Source of the DNA: Octopus sinensis
Taxonomy: Eukaryota
Reading direction: 5' to 3'
DNA length: 55,546 bases
Assembly: GCF_006345805.1 (NCBI RefSeq)
Contig: NW_021833087.1
Location: 1-55,546, forward strand
Position numbers and translations under genes: made by a program. The notes below the pieces were generated by a model. That model was not told where the DNA came from. It made no database searches and saw only the letters and a program-made list of their open reading frames with translations. Below are positions 12,750 to 27,217 of this stretch, one piece after another (the stretch's first letter is position 1; every line of letters begins with the position of its first letter).

Positions 12750-13202
12750 TTATTATTTCTTTATTGCCCACAAGGGGCTAAACATAGAGGGGACAGTTAA
12801 GGACAGACGAAGGGATTAAGTCGATTAGATCGACCCCAGTGCGTAACTGGTACTTAATTTATCGACCTCGAAAGGATGAAAGGCAAAGTCGACCTCCGCG
12901 GAATTCGAAGTTAGAACGTAAAGACAGACAAAATACCGCTAAGCATTTCGCCCGGCGTGCTAACGTTTCTTATTTCTTTACTGTCCAGAAGAGGCTACAT
13001 ACAAAGGGGAAAACAAGGATAGACAAACGGATTAAGTCGATTATATCGACCCCAGTTCGTAACTGGTACTTATTTAATCGACCCCGAATGGATGAAAAGC
13101 AAAGTCGACCTCGGCGGAATTTGAACTCAGAACGTAAAGACAGATGAAATACCGCTATGTATTTCGCCCGGCGTGCTAACGCTTCTGCCAGCTCGCCGCC
13201 TT
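12750..13202 (-). mobile_element. SINE family B tandem dimer
   Basis: Two head-to-tail units with a junction at 12970/12971 (minus strand ...AGTAAAGAAATA|AGAAACGTTAGCACG...). Confidence 0.9.
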
Positions 13203-14872
13203 CACTTAAAATATTTATGTTGCTATCCTTCCTTCTCTCAATAAAAAAAAAAGGATTACAATGTATAAGACTGCGTTGCACTATATTGCATTCATTTTAC
13301 AGTTTATTACCTGTATTACATTACGCCCTAAAATCTCGTCCTTAGAGCTGACTATGTCTGCTAGAGGCACGAGCACAACATTCATTTTCACTTCCTTTAT
13401 CACATTAAAGTCTGCTATGATGATCATGTGGATAGTCTGAAGGAAAAATGAAGTTGAAATATAATTCGCACCACCTCCGCATTACACCAAATATCAAAAA
13501 TAATAAAGAATAAAACAAGCGAGAAAAGAAATCTATTTACATATATGCGACTATAAAATGTGTACATACTTATATTCCTCTTATAGTTATGTATAACCTT
13601 TCTTCCTCGTAATTCAGTTTCCCGATGCCACCGTGTAACATTTATGACATACATGTGTTTTTTATGGAACAATACAACTGTCATTTACTTCGCCAAGTTA
13701 GATGCAGCCGGTTCTGAAAGAGTTGGAAAATAATAGATAGAGGAAGAGTATAGAAATAAGCGGCGTCCCCGAAAATCTGGAAAGCATAGTCGACTTCGGC
13801 TTCATTTGAACTCATTTCGCACATATCTGCAATATCTAGCATATCTGCAATATCGACGCTCTTACACTACTATGGTATATCAATCGCCATACGTTACCTA
13901 TTCATACACAAGTGCGCGGAAACACACATTCACCTTCGTTTGCAGTTTATATGCTCTCAAATACATACAAAATGAATATAAATATAGGTACGTGCCTATA
14001 TGTGTGTATGTGTGCGCGCGCGTGTGTTTGTACGTGTATGTATGTCTTATATGTATTATATATCAATAAACTTACTCAAGAACAGATATACCCATGCATT
14101 TACTTATTCAATCTCTCTTTCTCTTCACACATACACTCGCACTTCTAAATACATACACACGTACATACGCACATTTATATACGCTCATACACATACATAT
14201 ACGTATGCATACATATGCACACACACTCATATATTCCTATATATTTTAAAGTAGATTCCATTAAAGGAAAATTGTAAAACAACCGAAGCACAAACAAAAT
14301 GTATAAAAGACAAAAAACAAACAATGTATGTGATAGAGTTTATCTTAGACTTGTATGCATTGTCATCCTTCTGTGTCTTTTGTTTAAGAACCTCCTTACA
14401 ACTCTAAACAACAACGTGTCTTGCATTTGATTCCATTCCTAACGGCATTATATCTGCTGTTTTCACATGCAAGTCAGCATCAGAAATTCTGTACTTGCCA
14501 CTTAATGTTCTTATACCTTAAGATTTGAGAAAAAAATTCTTTGGTGATAATTCTTTTTTCTTTCTTCACATTTACAAAATATTGTCCACCTCTAAAATAT
14601 ATCGAAATGAATAGAATGTCCTATAAATATAGTCTTGGCAATTGTTAGATTCTAAAATAATTAATGGCTTAGCACAATGATTCTTTGCTAGAAGGACAAT
14701 CAGATATTTTCCTAAAATCAGCCGGACTTGTTTCAATGCAAGCAACGGAAACAGAGGTTGGGCTTATAAAAAGCATTATATCACGAATGAAAAAATTCTC
14801 TCCCTACAGCTTCATATAATTTTATCTAACTACACTTCTTCTTTTTTCAAGAAAATATTTCTTTATTTTTAT

Positions 14873-14916
<44 letters not shown>

Positions 14917-16854
14917 AAATTAAAAATATTTTCGCTTTCGTTATTATAATGCATATTTAAGGTCTTGTTAATTAGAATGTTTAGAGTCAAATTTCCCTAG
15001 ATCTTACACTAGGTACTTCATCCTATACTCCTCAACATGATACATCTTTGATTTTACTAAACTACCATATATATATTATCATTATAACTGCTGCTATTAT
15101 TATCACCATGGTTTCAACAATTTCTTTTGAAAATTTCTACTGCATCATTACTATATGATGTGCATGCAGGGTTGTCTTTTAAGAAAGGTAAAATTGTATT
15201 TGAATATTGAATCACTTTTGCATAATTACAGGTTATGGTTTGTTGTTTCTGGTATTATTTTAGTATTCCATCTGTTGTATAGAGTGTGTGTGTATGCAAT
15301 ATAAACTCTCATTTTGAAGGAGGAGATGCTTGTGTTTTATACGTGCGTGATTGGTAGTCCAGTGGCTATTGGTTCTATTATATCTCATTCCCATTATTCT
15401 ATTTATTTCAACATGCAGAGCCTTGATCCTTGGTAGTTTCAACGCTTCTATCACAACAAAAACTTGATCAGAAAGGATTTCGTTATTTATACGAGAACAT
15501 ATATTTTTCCCGTTCTTGCTTATTATATCTCCGGTCTGCCTTGATCTCATTGTTACCTTAGATAAGCATGTACCAGATGATTGTGGCCAAGACATCGCTA
15601 CTTTTGTTTCAGATCTAATTCTCAAATTTTGCTTGTCTGTATCTAATCTATTATTTGGTTACTACTTACTAAGTTCTCTTTTATTATAAAGATTTGGTAG
15701 TTTGTTATTTGAAGACTTAGGCTTGTTCGTAATTGAAAAAACCTTCATTCTCGAAGTCTTGCGCTTCTCAGCATGTGTGCAATTTTTCCTCGTCTACTTT
15801 CACACGTTTACTTAAAAATGTTTTCATAGATATTGCCATCACTTTATCATAGCCTTCTGAAGACTAATTTCTAGCTTAAAATTTAGGTTTTTCACAATTT
15901 CTAATCTGAGCCCCATATTAATTTCTGAGTTAAATCCAGTAGAGTTTCTAGTGTTAATCATTTGTAGCTTGAGTTCTTGCATATGCATAAGATCTGTAAC
16001 TCTCTTATTACTGCCTCTATATCGGAGTCCAATCCTGTTCAACTGCTTAACGCTGTCAGTACCAGACAGAAAAAGAATAGAGAAAGGTAGTCGACTTTGA
16101 GTATTTTCCCTAAAATGTTCTTCCTATTTACTCGTTACGTGTTTTATGTATCTTCTTATTACTGGTGCTACCTTATTCATTGCTAGTGTTTCTATGATTC
16201 ATGTGTAGAGAACTACAAAATGACAGTGAATCCATGTTATATTTAGATCATTCTTCTATTGCAACCTTTCGTCATAACTTGGATGACCAGTCACTGATCT
16301 TTACAGCCTTATGAGATTTTGCAGGCAGCATCCATTCTGCAATTCTGGAAACATGTCCCCAGTCTCATGCATGACTAACTTATTTCAAAAGTTTTGGAGT
16401 GACAATTAGAAAATCAGAAAAATTAATTTGTATGCCAACAAATAGTGTAGAGGTGCCGGTAAAACACCTGAATTTATCAATCGAGAGAAATTTGCAAAAT
16501 CTACACCGAAGTTGTGACGTACATGATAAGCGGATGTCCCTAAATTTCATTATGTTATTAAGTATGTGTGAGTTTAAAATATTATACAATACGAACTGAA
16601 GAAAAAATAGACTTGAAGGTGAAAACATAACAGGTAAAGCGGTATGAAAGTCATACTCAACAATATGAAAATATTTTGGGGGAATATTTCTACTAAAACT
16701 TCTGAAAAGTATAAGTATAACAGACCAGACATAATTATGATTATTAAAGGTTAAAAAATGTGGTGGTCGAACTTCTAATGATAATGGTTATAAATCAGCA
16801 GCTATATTTTGGAAACGGTATATGTGAATTTCTCATCAGTTGTACATAGATGCC

Positions 16855-16985
16855 ATTCTCTTAGAGAATACCGCAGGAACGTATAATCCGGTAGGTAGAT
16901 TTTTTCAAGCTGAAACATTTGGCAGGAGACCTAAAGGTAGACCTATAACAGGATGGTTGGATAATATCTATTGTTCCATTTGATT
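16855..16985 (+). mobile_element. RTE-type LINE C-terminal relic
   Basis: Translates as IPQERIIR* then QAETFGRRPKGRPITGWLDNI, the RTE G(K/R)RPRGRP..W.D motif. Confidence 0.65.
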
Positions 16986-17454
16986 ACGCTTGGGAATCTG
17001 GCCGGTAAATGTAAAAACGCACGCACCCACACACACACACACATACATATATATCAGCTGACTACTATGAAAAATATCTTATAAATTTGTGGTGTCAAGT
17101 AATATGAAATCGGTGGACTTTTAATCTAATTTCTGTTTATATTTGAAAATTCCTGAAACATTGAAAACAATATTCAATCTCAAATTTCTTGTTTATTGTG
17201 TGTTTCCTTTTTCTTATTCTACTTCAAGGATCACTGGATATCGCAGCATCCAACATGACAAGGTAATATTTCTAAGAAATTCTGCTGCAGTTGGCATGTT
17301 GTGGATACTGTGTTCAGTTTTGATTTTACGTAGCTTACATTTGTCGTTAGAACTCGAATCTGTTAGGTATTGCATTCCAGGAAAAGGTGTTACATATTTC
17401 CTGATACCTTTTGCTATGCTATTGGACTATAGTTCTTTTAGCAAATACATATGT

Positions 17455-17584
<130 letters not shown>

Positions 17585-18938
17585 ATTTATTTGTACACAA
17601 TATATGTCTATGTGTCTTTCTACTTCTGCTTCCACAAATCTACAGTCACACACGGATACGACCTCCGACCATACATGCACACTCATACACGCACAAACGC
17701 AAAATGCACACGCACGTACCCTCACACGGATGCGCATATATTCATTTGTGTTTGTAAATGGCATGAAAATAGATGTTGGTATATGTGTGTTCACATGTGC
17801 AAGGAGACATAGATACACCAACATACAGACATATACGTACACGCAACGGTATTCTTTACAGACATATATAACTGTACAAGTATTAATGTCTATAGGCGTG
17901 AATACAAGCGTGTGTATGTGAGTGCGTGTTTAAGTTTACATAAACTAAGAATTCGTTTGAACATGGAATCTTCAACAATATTTTTACATTCACTGAGAAA
18001 CATACAATTGTTCATATACATTTACACACACACTCACACATACTTGCGTTCTCACTATAGACACACACCTAGCTTACTTCATGAACAGCTAAATATACAT
18101 TGGGATTGAAGGAAAGCGAGAGCTGCAATGTAGAGAGAGAACCGGTAATATAACCTCCAGTTATTAGTAACGTAACTGGAACTGGAAGTAATTTGACACT
18201 TTACTCTGTAATTGTCGGAATTAATATTCATTTTCCTCTCGGGAATTTCAACGTGATTTCTTTGGCTATTTTCCCTTGTTTCATTAGTGAATTTGATTTG
18301 ATGCTTGCTTTCTCTCTTTCCTATGTTTTGTGTTTGTTTTCTTCACAACCATATGTTCTGCGTATAAGTTGCTATTTCGTGAAGTGTAAATGAATATTGA
18401 ATAAAGCGAAGAAAATTGCAAATAATCTTCTATAAATAATGATTTAATTTCTCTGAGCACAAAAATCAGTTATATTTTGTTTGTTGTTATTAGTTTTCTT
18501 TTGTGTTTTTGTGTTTGCTTCTGAAGAAAATAAGTAAATGATAAAATTTGGACAAAAATAATACAATGCGATGCGGCATTTTTATGAAAAGGGGAAAAAT
18601 CAGCGAAAGCTGGATTTGAACACATTTCAGTAAAACATATCCAGAACATAAGTATGCATTTTTTGTGCTTATACATTTTGCCAAGTCCAACGAAAACTAT
18701 ATTATGTTATCTGCTTGTGTAGCCTATGCCACTAATCGGAAGACAATGACTTCTAAGGCTACTTCTTACTACTTATCGTATAGTCTCAGGAAGTGTTCAT
18801 GATGATTACAGTCTCTGTCAGCATATATGTATACAGTTATTTTCTTTAACTACAGCATTAAAGCATTTTAGATCTTATTTCTAGCAATGTAGGTGTTCTG
18901 ACACTCTTAGTCGCATCTAATGACAATTATAGTTTTCC

Positions 18939-18991
<53 letters not shown>

Positions 18992-18993
<2 letters not shown>

Positions 18994-19185
18994 GGCGTAG
19001 GAGTGACTGTGTGGTAAGTAGCTTGCTTACCAACTACATGGTTCCGGGTTCAGTCCCACTGTGTGGCACCTTGGGCAAGTGTCTTCTACTATAGCCTCGG
19101 GCCGACCAAAGCCTTGTGAGTGGATTTGATAGACGGAAACCGAAAGAATAATATGTATATATATGTATATATATATAATATATAT

Positions 19186-19259
<74 letters not shown>

Positions 19260-19489
19260 TGTGTGTGTATATATTTCTATGTCTGTGTTTGTCACCCCAA
19301 CATCGCTTGACAACCGATGCTGGTGTGTTTATGTCCCCGTAACTTAGCGATTCGGCAAAAGAGACCGATAGAATAAGTACTAGGCTTACAAAGAATAAGT
19401 CCTGGGGCCGATTTACTCGACTAAAGGCCGTGCTCCAGCATGCCCATAATCAAATGACTGAAACAAATAAAAGAGTAAAAGAAAAGAGT
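18992..19489 (+). mobile_element. SINE family A, full length with expanded internal microsatellite
   Basis: Same head and tail as the 4562 copy. Confidence 0.9.
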
Positions 19490-19508
19490 ATATATATATA
19501 TATATATT

Positions 19509-19633
19509 ACGAGAGAAAAGGAGACAATGATGGCCCTTTGGAAGGTGTATATCCTCAGCCGCTTGCACTACTGTTCCCAACTATGGTCACCACATAGTAT
19601 AAAATTAACGGCGGTATTCGAAGCTACGCAAAA
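19509..19633 (+). mobile_element. L2/CR1-group LINE ORF2 fragment (post-RT region)
   Basis: Translates as TREKETMMALWKVYILSRLHYCSQLWSPHSIKLTAVFEATQ, the typical L(D/E)YCSQLWSP block. Confidence 0.8.
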
Positions 19634-19635
19634 AT

Positions 19636-20055
19636 GTGGAGTGGAGTGAAACCATTTGAAGAGGCCAGGATAACGTATACAAGTCTCAAGAAAGATTTAA
19701 AGAAGAGTGAATCACAGTTTGTAACGGACCATGCCTTTCTTTTGCTGGGCTCAAATCTCATTTGAATACCCATGGAAAACGTAAGTGCACCAACTATTCT
19801 ACATATATGTCTGTGTAAACCTTTCAATGCAACGTATGCCATAAGGTGTGCACATTTAATAGAGGCCTCAAAAGACAATTCATAACCCAGAAAGATCAGA
19901 ACTTAACTGCAGCTCTTGGTGGTGCAAATCGGATATGCAATCTATGTGGGTGTCTTTTCAAAACGTCCGGTTTAAAGAGCCACATCAGATGCCATGATGG
20001 TTCTGGTATAGGTACAGGAGGTGGTCAAACTCTGCATAAGGAGTAGACAACCACC
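19636..20055 (+). mobile_element. RTE(-BovB-like) LINE 3' end with three C2H2-like finger relics
   Basis: WSGVKPFEEARITYTSLKKDLKK, then FAGLKSHLNTH, FQCNVCHKVCTFNRGLKRQFITQ and ICNLCGCLFKTSGLKSHIRCH; stop at 20044-20046. Confidence 0.7.
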
Positions 20056-20083
20056 ATATATATGTATGTGTATACACACACAC

Positions 20084-20147
<64 letters not shown>

Positions 20148-21181
20148 ACTCCTTCTGGTGAGAGATAAATATATACATAAATTAAAAACAGAACTAAATT
20201 GTAAAAAATAAAAAAGTTAAATGATAAAGAGCTATCTTTGTTAGACCTTAAATGATAAGGTTGGAAAGGTATCAGAGTGTTGAATCCATTATCATGCTTT
20301 AGAAAGAAAATGATATACTCGATAAATTACAATATATCTGAAAAAGTGTAACGACTAGAATGGAATATCAAGTGGCTGAAAGTTTCAGAAAACTATATTA
20401 ATAAATTGCTTAAATGCTTTGAAGAATATGGTAGCAGAGGAAAATATTTTACGTTAAGTTAGTAGACGATATGGAATTAAAGAAATCAGTATTTGCTGTA
20501 GAATGAAGCTTAACCTATAACCCTGCAGATTCAAATGCAAGCATGAGAAGGAAATGTTTACTAAGACATATTTTACATTCTTTGTGGAGATTCTATTTTA
20601 CAAAGATATTTTATCCATTCCTGAAATATTTTCGGTAACGTTACAAACAAGATAAATGATCGACTAAAAACAACAAAACAAAAAGCATGAAATTGCACAA
20701 AGCAAATAGTAAGCCATCTCTTCAACCCAAGTGGACAATGTGTTAGATTCACAAGACACTCCCTTCATTTGACCACCAATTTAAATTCCAGGAAAAAGTA
20801 TATTAGAACCCGAAATATCAACATATTGATCCCAGACACACTTACTTTATTAGTATGATTCTCGTGAATAAATAATTTATAAATGATTTATTCCACATCA
20901 TGATATTTCCCTGGATGAACATTTTAAATAAATATTAATGGCCTATACGAATGCAGTTCTCGGCAAAATGTATATCCATGAAGTAAAATTAGACTCAAAA
21001 CATCATATTAACAAAATAAATGCTGTCAACTTGCAAATAATTGTTGCTACTACTATAAATTATGCTTATATGTGATTTTCATTTATAACATAATATATTT
21101 TAGTGACTTAGGACAGGTAATATATTTTATCTCAAATGTCTGTTGAAGCTAATTTCTATTATTCTCGCCTTTGAATTTAAA

Positions 21182-21506
21182 TCGGCGAGCTGGAAGAATC
21201 GTTAGCGCGCCGGACGAAATGCTCAGGGTCGATTAAATAAGTACCAGTTACGCACTGGGATCGATATAATCGACTTAATCCGTGTGTCTGTCCTTGTTTG
21301 TCCTCTCTGTGTTTAACCCCTTGTGGGTAGTAAAGAAATAGGTATTTCGTCTGTCTTTACGTTCTGAGTTCAAATTCCTCCGCGGTCGACTTTGACTTTC
21401 ATCCTTTCGGGGTCAATAAATTAAGTACCAGTTGCGTTCTGGGGTCGATCTAATTGACTGGCTCCCTACCTCCAAAATTTCGGGGCTTGTGCCTAGAGAA
21501 GAAAAG
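21182..21506 (+). mobile_element. SINE family B tandem dimer (first unit internally deleted)
   Basis: Junction GTAGTAAAGAAATA|GGTATTTCGTCTG at 21340/21341. Confidence 0.85.
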
Positions 21507-22969
21507 ATTCTCTCTTTTGAATTTTGGAGGGAAAGGAAATTTTTTTTTCTTTATATTGTAAATTTTACTTCTTTATATTCTGCAGAAGGCAACAAAGAAT
21601 AAATAAATGAATAAATAAATAGATGGAAAGTTTGCAAAATTTTCGGGGAACTACCAGCAAATCAAGTGAAATTGATGAGGACGATTTCGGCTTCATTTTC
21701 CTATGTAGAACTTCGACAAGGGGGATGTTTCAGTTCATAAAAGGAATGGTTTCGCAAAGTGTTTAGTATAACCATTTGAAAAGACCTGGAACGATTGAAG
21801 GCTTTGTTCCTCCGTTTCATAATAATTTAATTTACTATATGCGAAATTTTATTAGAGAAGAAACATACTAAACATAATTCGGCACGCGAAGATTGCTAGT
21901 TTACTTGGGATCGAATATTCCAGGAAAGCTGGAAGCTACTGAGGACCATTTGGATAGGCGTCGAGAACACTGTTGCAGGTTGACCACATTTGGCGAATAT
22001 TTGCTATCTTGTGAGCTTCAAAACACGGTGAGAAGCTAATATTCTGTGTAAATGATAAATAACTTGATAATTCCGTCGAGTAGAAAGTGAGGCAGAAACC
22101 ACAGAAGAGAAAAAAATGAAGACAAACTTCGACAGAGCCGAATGGTAGCCTAGAGACTGCAGTAAGCCTATGATTCAAGATGTATCATATGGAAGACCTT
22201 TTTATTTTAATGTATGCCAGTAGAATACGTGAAGTGAGATATAACGTGACCGAACCCTAGAGCACACATGAGTTAATGGAAGGTTCATAACAAGAATCTC
22301 AGAGGAAAGGTCCACTCGAAAGTGAAGACAAATGCTGAGAACCCATAGGCGCACAATTTAGTTAATATGTATGTAGGTGTGACACAGTTGCGTGGGTTTG
22401 TAGATCAAAGACTTGGTTAGTCATTTTCATGTTTATTAATTACAGAAAAAGGATGGGAGGTCGCATGGAATCCGATGAGATACACGAGAAGAGTTAGCTG
22501 CAAGATACTAGCCTGGATACCCTGCAGTATAGAATCTAACGTCTTGACGTCCACGCAAATACTCTGTCTTTATTTCTAGGATCCATCCCTTTTGGGACAT
22601 ACAATGAATTACTCACCATATATACATATGTACATGTGCATATGCACATATGTACGTTTATACATATATATACATGCGAACATATATATAAACACACACA
22701 TACATACATGTGTATATATACACTTACATGCATACATATATATACATGTGTATGTGTGTGTGTGTGTGTGTATGTGTGTGCGAGTACTCACCACGGAATA
22801 ATTGTCATCTCTTTAAACGCCAGGTCAATTATTATAAAGCACACCTAATGTAATTATTGCAACCGTGACATTTGTTCTTATATTCTACGTGGCTCGCACT
22901 CTCTAAATCCAAAACATAATCATACACAACCATGTACTAAGCGGCATGTACACCCACCACATCAACGCA

Positions 22970-23075
<106 letters not shown>

Positions 23076-25170
23076 CTCACATAAACTTACTTGTATGAAC
23101 TTATCAACTTATGTAATCGCAAATAACGGAGGTCTCACGACTCAAAATAAAAAATAGCAATGTCACATTAATAATGACCAGCTTGATTTTTGTGAATAAC
23201 AACTTAAATAAATCTCAAAGTAAAACATTATTTGCACGTATATATGTACAGGGGTATGTTTATTGGAATAAATGGCTATACATTGAATTTATGTTTGGCA
23301 GCGTGTCTCTCGATTCGACATTAGCAGTTTGATTCTCTAGATCACACACACATATATATATATATATATGCGTGTGTATTTGTGTATAGATAGATAGATG
23401 TGCACATTTGCACGTATGTGTGTATGTTGTTTCACTGCAGATATCACAAATCTTTGGAAGTTCCTCGTTTAGGACACTTGGACACTTAAACGAAGAAAGC
23501 TGTTGCCATTTTGGCAATATACTGCACATAATCAGTACACAGACCTTCACTTATATGCAAATGGTTGCCAATATTTTACAATTATGAAGACGAACACCAA
23601 GAAGGTCATGCCATTAACACCCTACGCGACATATACATATATATCTATGCATTTGTGTATATAGATGCAGAAAATATGTATGCCTATAAAGCAAACACAC
23701 ACGCTTACATATGTGTGTGCGTCTATTTAATTATGAGGACATGGATTCAATCTGGAATATTATATTCCAAGAAAGGACAATAACATTTCTTTAAATGCGG
23801 AGTAAGAATATATGTGAAGAATAGAGACTAATATTTTAAAAGAACGAAAAAGTAAAGGAAAAATAACACATACAAACACATACATACATGCATGCACACA
23901 ACATCACAAAAGATTATTTAAAAGATAGTAGTGATAAGAAAAGCCAAAGCATAAGGTAAGGAAAAATTCTTATAAATTTATCCTTTATTTCTATCGAGAT
24001 CAAAATGGTTGACAAGTGACATCTCCCAATAGGGAAACGTGGCTACAGCAGTGTTTCTTTATTACGCGATAAATACGTCATTTGTTTCGTCCGTTACTGC
24101 GTTTAAATTACCGGTAGAAATTGCTTTACGGCAATCTTTCATTAAATATGGCACCGGGGAGAGATTGACTTTTGATCCGATTCGCAACTGGTGACCAACG
24201 GCCATTCACTGTGATTGATATCCACAACAAAAGGTTTTTATAATCAAAACCTGACGGGAGAGGTCATATACGGTTAATGAAGAGGCAGCAGAGAGAGCGA
24301 AACCTGCTGTGATGGAGAATAAATAGATCATAGACGCACACTCACACGCGTGTGCGCACATGCACAAACAAAAATATGTATATACACGTACGCCCACCAA
24401 TACGTACATCTTCATATGCACATGCACACGCAGACATACTGGGACAAACACAGACAGCTGTGTATATAAAAGGACATACATTTACACTGATATGCTTATA
24501 TGTGTTTGTGTTAATGTGCGTGTGTATATATATATATTATATATATATGTATGTGTGTGTGTGTGTGCGTGTGAGTGTTATAGCTTCGTATGCTGTTTGT
24601 GTGGATATATGTGTACGTAGGCAAATACTGTCGTGTATACGCGTGTGCATAGAAGTGTATAAATATTATATATATGTATGTATATATATATCTGTATGTA
24701 TTTATGTATGCATGTATGTATATGTATGTATGTGTGTGCATGTGTATGCGTGGTTGTCTCTCTGCGCACGCGTGTGTGTCTGTGTCTCTGTGCGTGCGTG
24801 TGTATGTGTGTGTGCGTGTATAGAAATACATATATATAGGTAATGGATTTCTACGTTCACTATAGATACACGCGAATAAGAAGGCACAATCTACTGGATC
24901 ATAAAATCTACCATGTCTCTCTCTCTCTCTCTCTCACTCTCTCTCTTTCTCTCTCTCTCTCTCTTACTTTCTTTCTCTCTGTGTTGTCTTTTTCTCTTTC
25001 TTTCTGGCCCTATCTGCTTCCTTTTAATCCACCAAAGCTGAGTGCACGCACGTGTATCTGCAAGACCCCTGTTACTGACTGCACGAACAAATCTAAGTGC
25101 ACACACTCACACACATGCTTACACACCTACACAAACACAGACATGGATATATACATAAACATATATATAT

Positions 25171-25228
<58 letters not shown>

Positions 25229-25470
25229 TATATATATATATCTATACACATTCGTACATGTATGTTTGGGGTTATTGATACTCATCTATGCATTATGTAT
25301 TTATCTATTATGTATATGTGTAATATATCTTATATATATGCAGATACATACATGCATAAATATATAAACTATGTATGCATAAATATATTTGTATATATAT
25401 ATATACATGTACATATATATATGTATGCATATACATAGAATTCATCTATTTATATACATCCATGAATACA

Positions 25471-25506
<36 letters not shown>

Positions 25507-25508
25507 TA

Positions 25509-25577
<69 letters not shown>

Positions 25578-26217
25578 GTATGTATATGTACACACACATT
25601 TATATGCTTAAATAAATAAATATATATATAAATACATGTATACATATTAATTTTGTCTATTGTGTGTTTATATATGCGTGTATATATCTATGCATGAGTG
25701 TGTTTCTTGGACCTCGCGTCTGTATTATGTCATGTGTGTGTGTGTATATGTGTGTGCGCGTGTGTATATATGTGTGTGTGTGTGTGTGTGTGCATGTAAC
25801 TAAATATGTGGAAGCTTGCGCGCATATGCGGATCTACATATATTCATATGTGCATTTGAATAACTGTATATTGATCTCGCTACTTCACTGTTTATAGCGA
25901 CTTTGCTGAGATGTCCATGTGACACATCACAGTCTTTATCCTTGATTTAATCCTCACAGGGATATCGTAATCCTTTATCGTGTTATATTAGTTTCTATGT
26001 TGATAGCTGTTCTTCTTAATGTTTTTATTTGCTTTTTTTTCTTGCTGACGTTGACTTTAGTTTGTTATGGTTGTTGTGATTGAACTTGCTGTTACAACTG
26101 TTTTCATTGTTTGTTGTTGTTATTACAAGTATAGAGCATGTGATCCTGATATAATACATACGTACGTACATATATATGCCTATATACAAATGTACATACA
26201 TATACCCATCTCTCTCT

Positions 26218-26261
<44 letters not shown>

Positions 26262-26726
26262 CCAACGAAGATTGCATCAATGGAACAGCTGAGCTACTGG
26301 GAGAGACTGAAAGAGATACGACTCTACATCCTGGAACGAAAACCGGAGAGGTATGCAATTGTATATGTATGGAAGATATTGCATGGTCTTAAACCAAATC
26401 TTCGGATTTGAGTGCTATACTAGACGTCACTGGACGTCAATGGGGACCATGTACTTCAATAGTTTGGGATTCAAGGGCTCACAGCTATTTAACGCCTTAC
26501 CAAAATATCTGAGGGATCTTCATGGAGTGGGAGTAGATGTTTTCAAGAAACAAAGCGACCTCTAATTATCCAAAGTCCCAAACGAACCAATATCAAGGGA
26601 GGAGGCTGAATAGAGGGCAGCAGTGTCGAACTCCTTCCCTCACCAAATTCACATAGAAATTGATCGTTGTAAAGGTTATCACAAAGCATGGTCACAGCTT
26701 TAGGGGTGAAACATAAAAGAATAAAA
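26262..26726 (+). mobile_element. L2/CR1-group LINE 3' end
   Basis: [45 protein letters not shown], then NSLGFKGSQLFNALPKYLRDLHGVGVDVFKK and RAAVSNS; ends TAAAAGAATAAAA. Confidence 0.85.
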
Positions 26727-26744
26727 CGTGTGTGTGTATGTATG

Positions 26745-26775
<31 letters not shown>

Positions 26776-26785
26776 ACATATATAT

Positions 26786-27048
26786 AGTCTAAATTACGCA
26801 AAAATGAAAATAACAGTGACATCCCTTTTTAACAAATATATTTACCAAAATTACATTAAAATGTTTTGAAATACTAAAGAGTAAATATTTTCAATAAAAT
26901 CGTCATTGGTTTCAACGACGGCGTCCAGACAACTTCGGGTCCTCTGAAACTCTTATCGACGGTTTAAGTTGATGAAAGTTGCCATAATGCTTGCCTCCAG
27001 TTCATCTTTGGTGTTACAAGGAGTTTTGTTGGTCTCTCATTCAACTGC
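26786..27048 (-). mobile_element. Tc1/mariner (maT/DD37D-like) transposase C-terminus and right subterminal region
   Basis: The minus strand reads AVE*ETNKTPCNTKDELEASIMATFINLN...RSCLDAVVETNDDFIE. The TGA stop fits CpG decay of CGA. Confidence 0.7.
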
Positions 27049-27117
27049 ATTTTAGCATTTTCTACCTTGTCCTATTTTCCTTATACATATCAACTCGTGT
27101 GTTACTTTTCCACCTTT

Positions 27118-27212
<95 letters not shown>

Positions 27213-27217
27213 TACTG

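Noticed and set aside
15260-16042. Two minus-strand ORFs (121 and 67 aa) in A-rich sequence
   Set aside because: No recognisable motif; possibly an ancient retroelement, but I cannot support a call.
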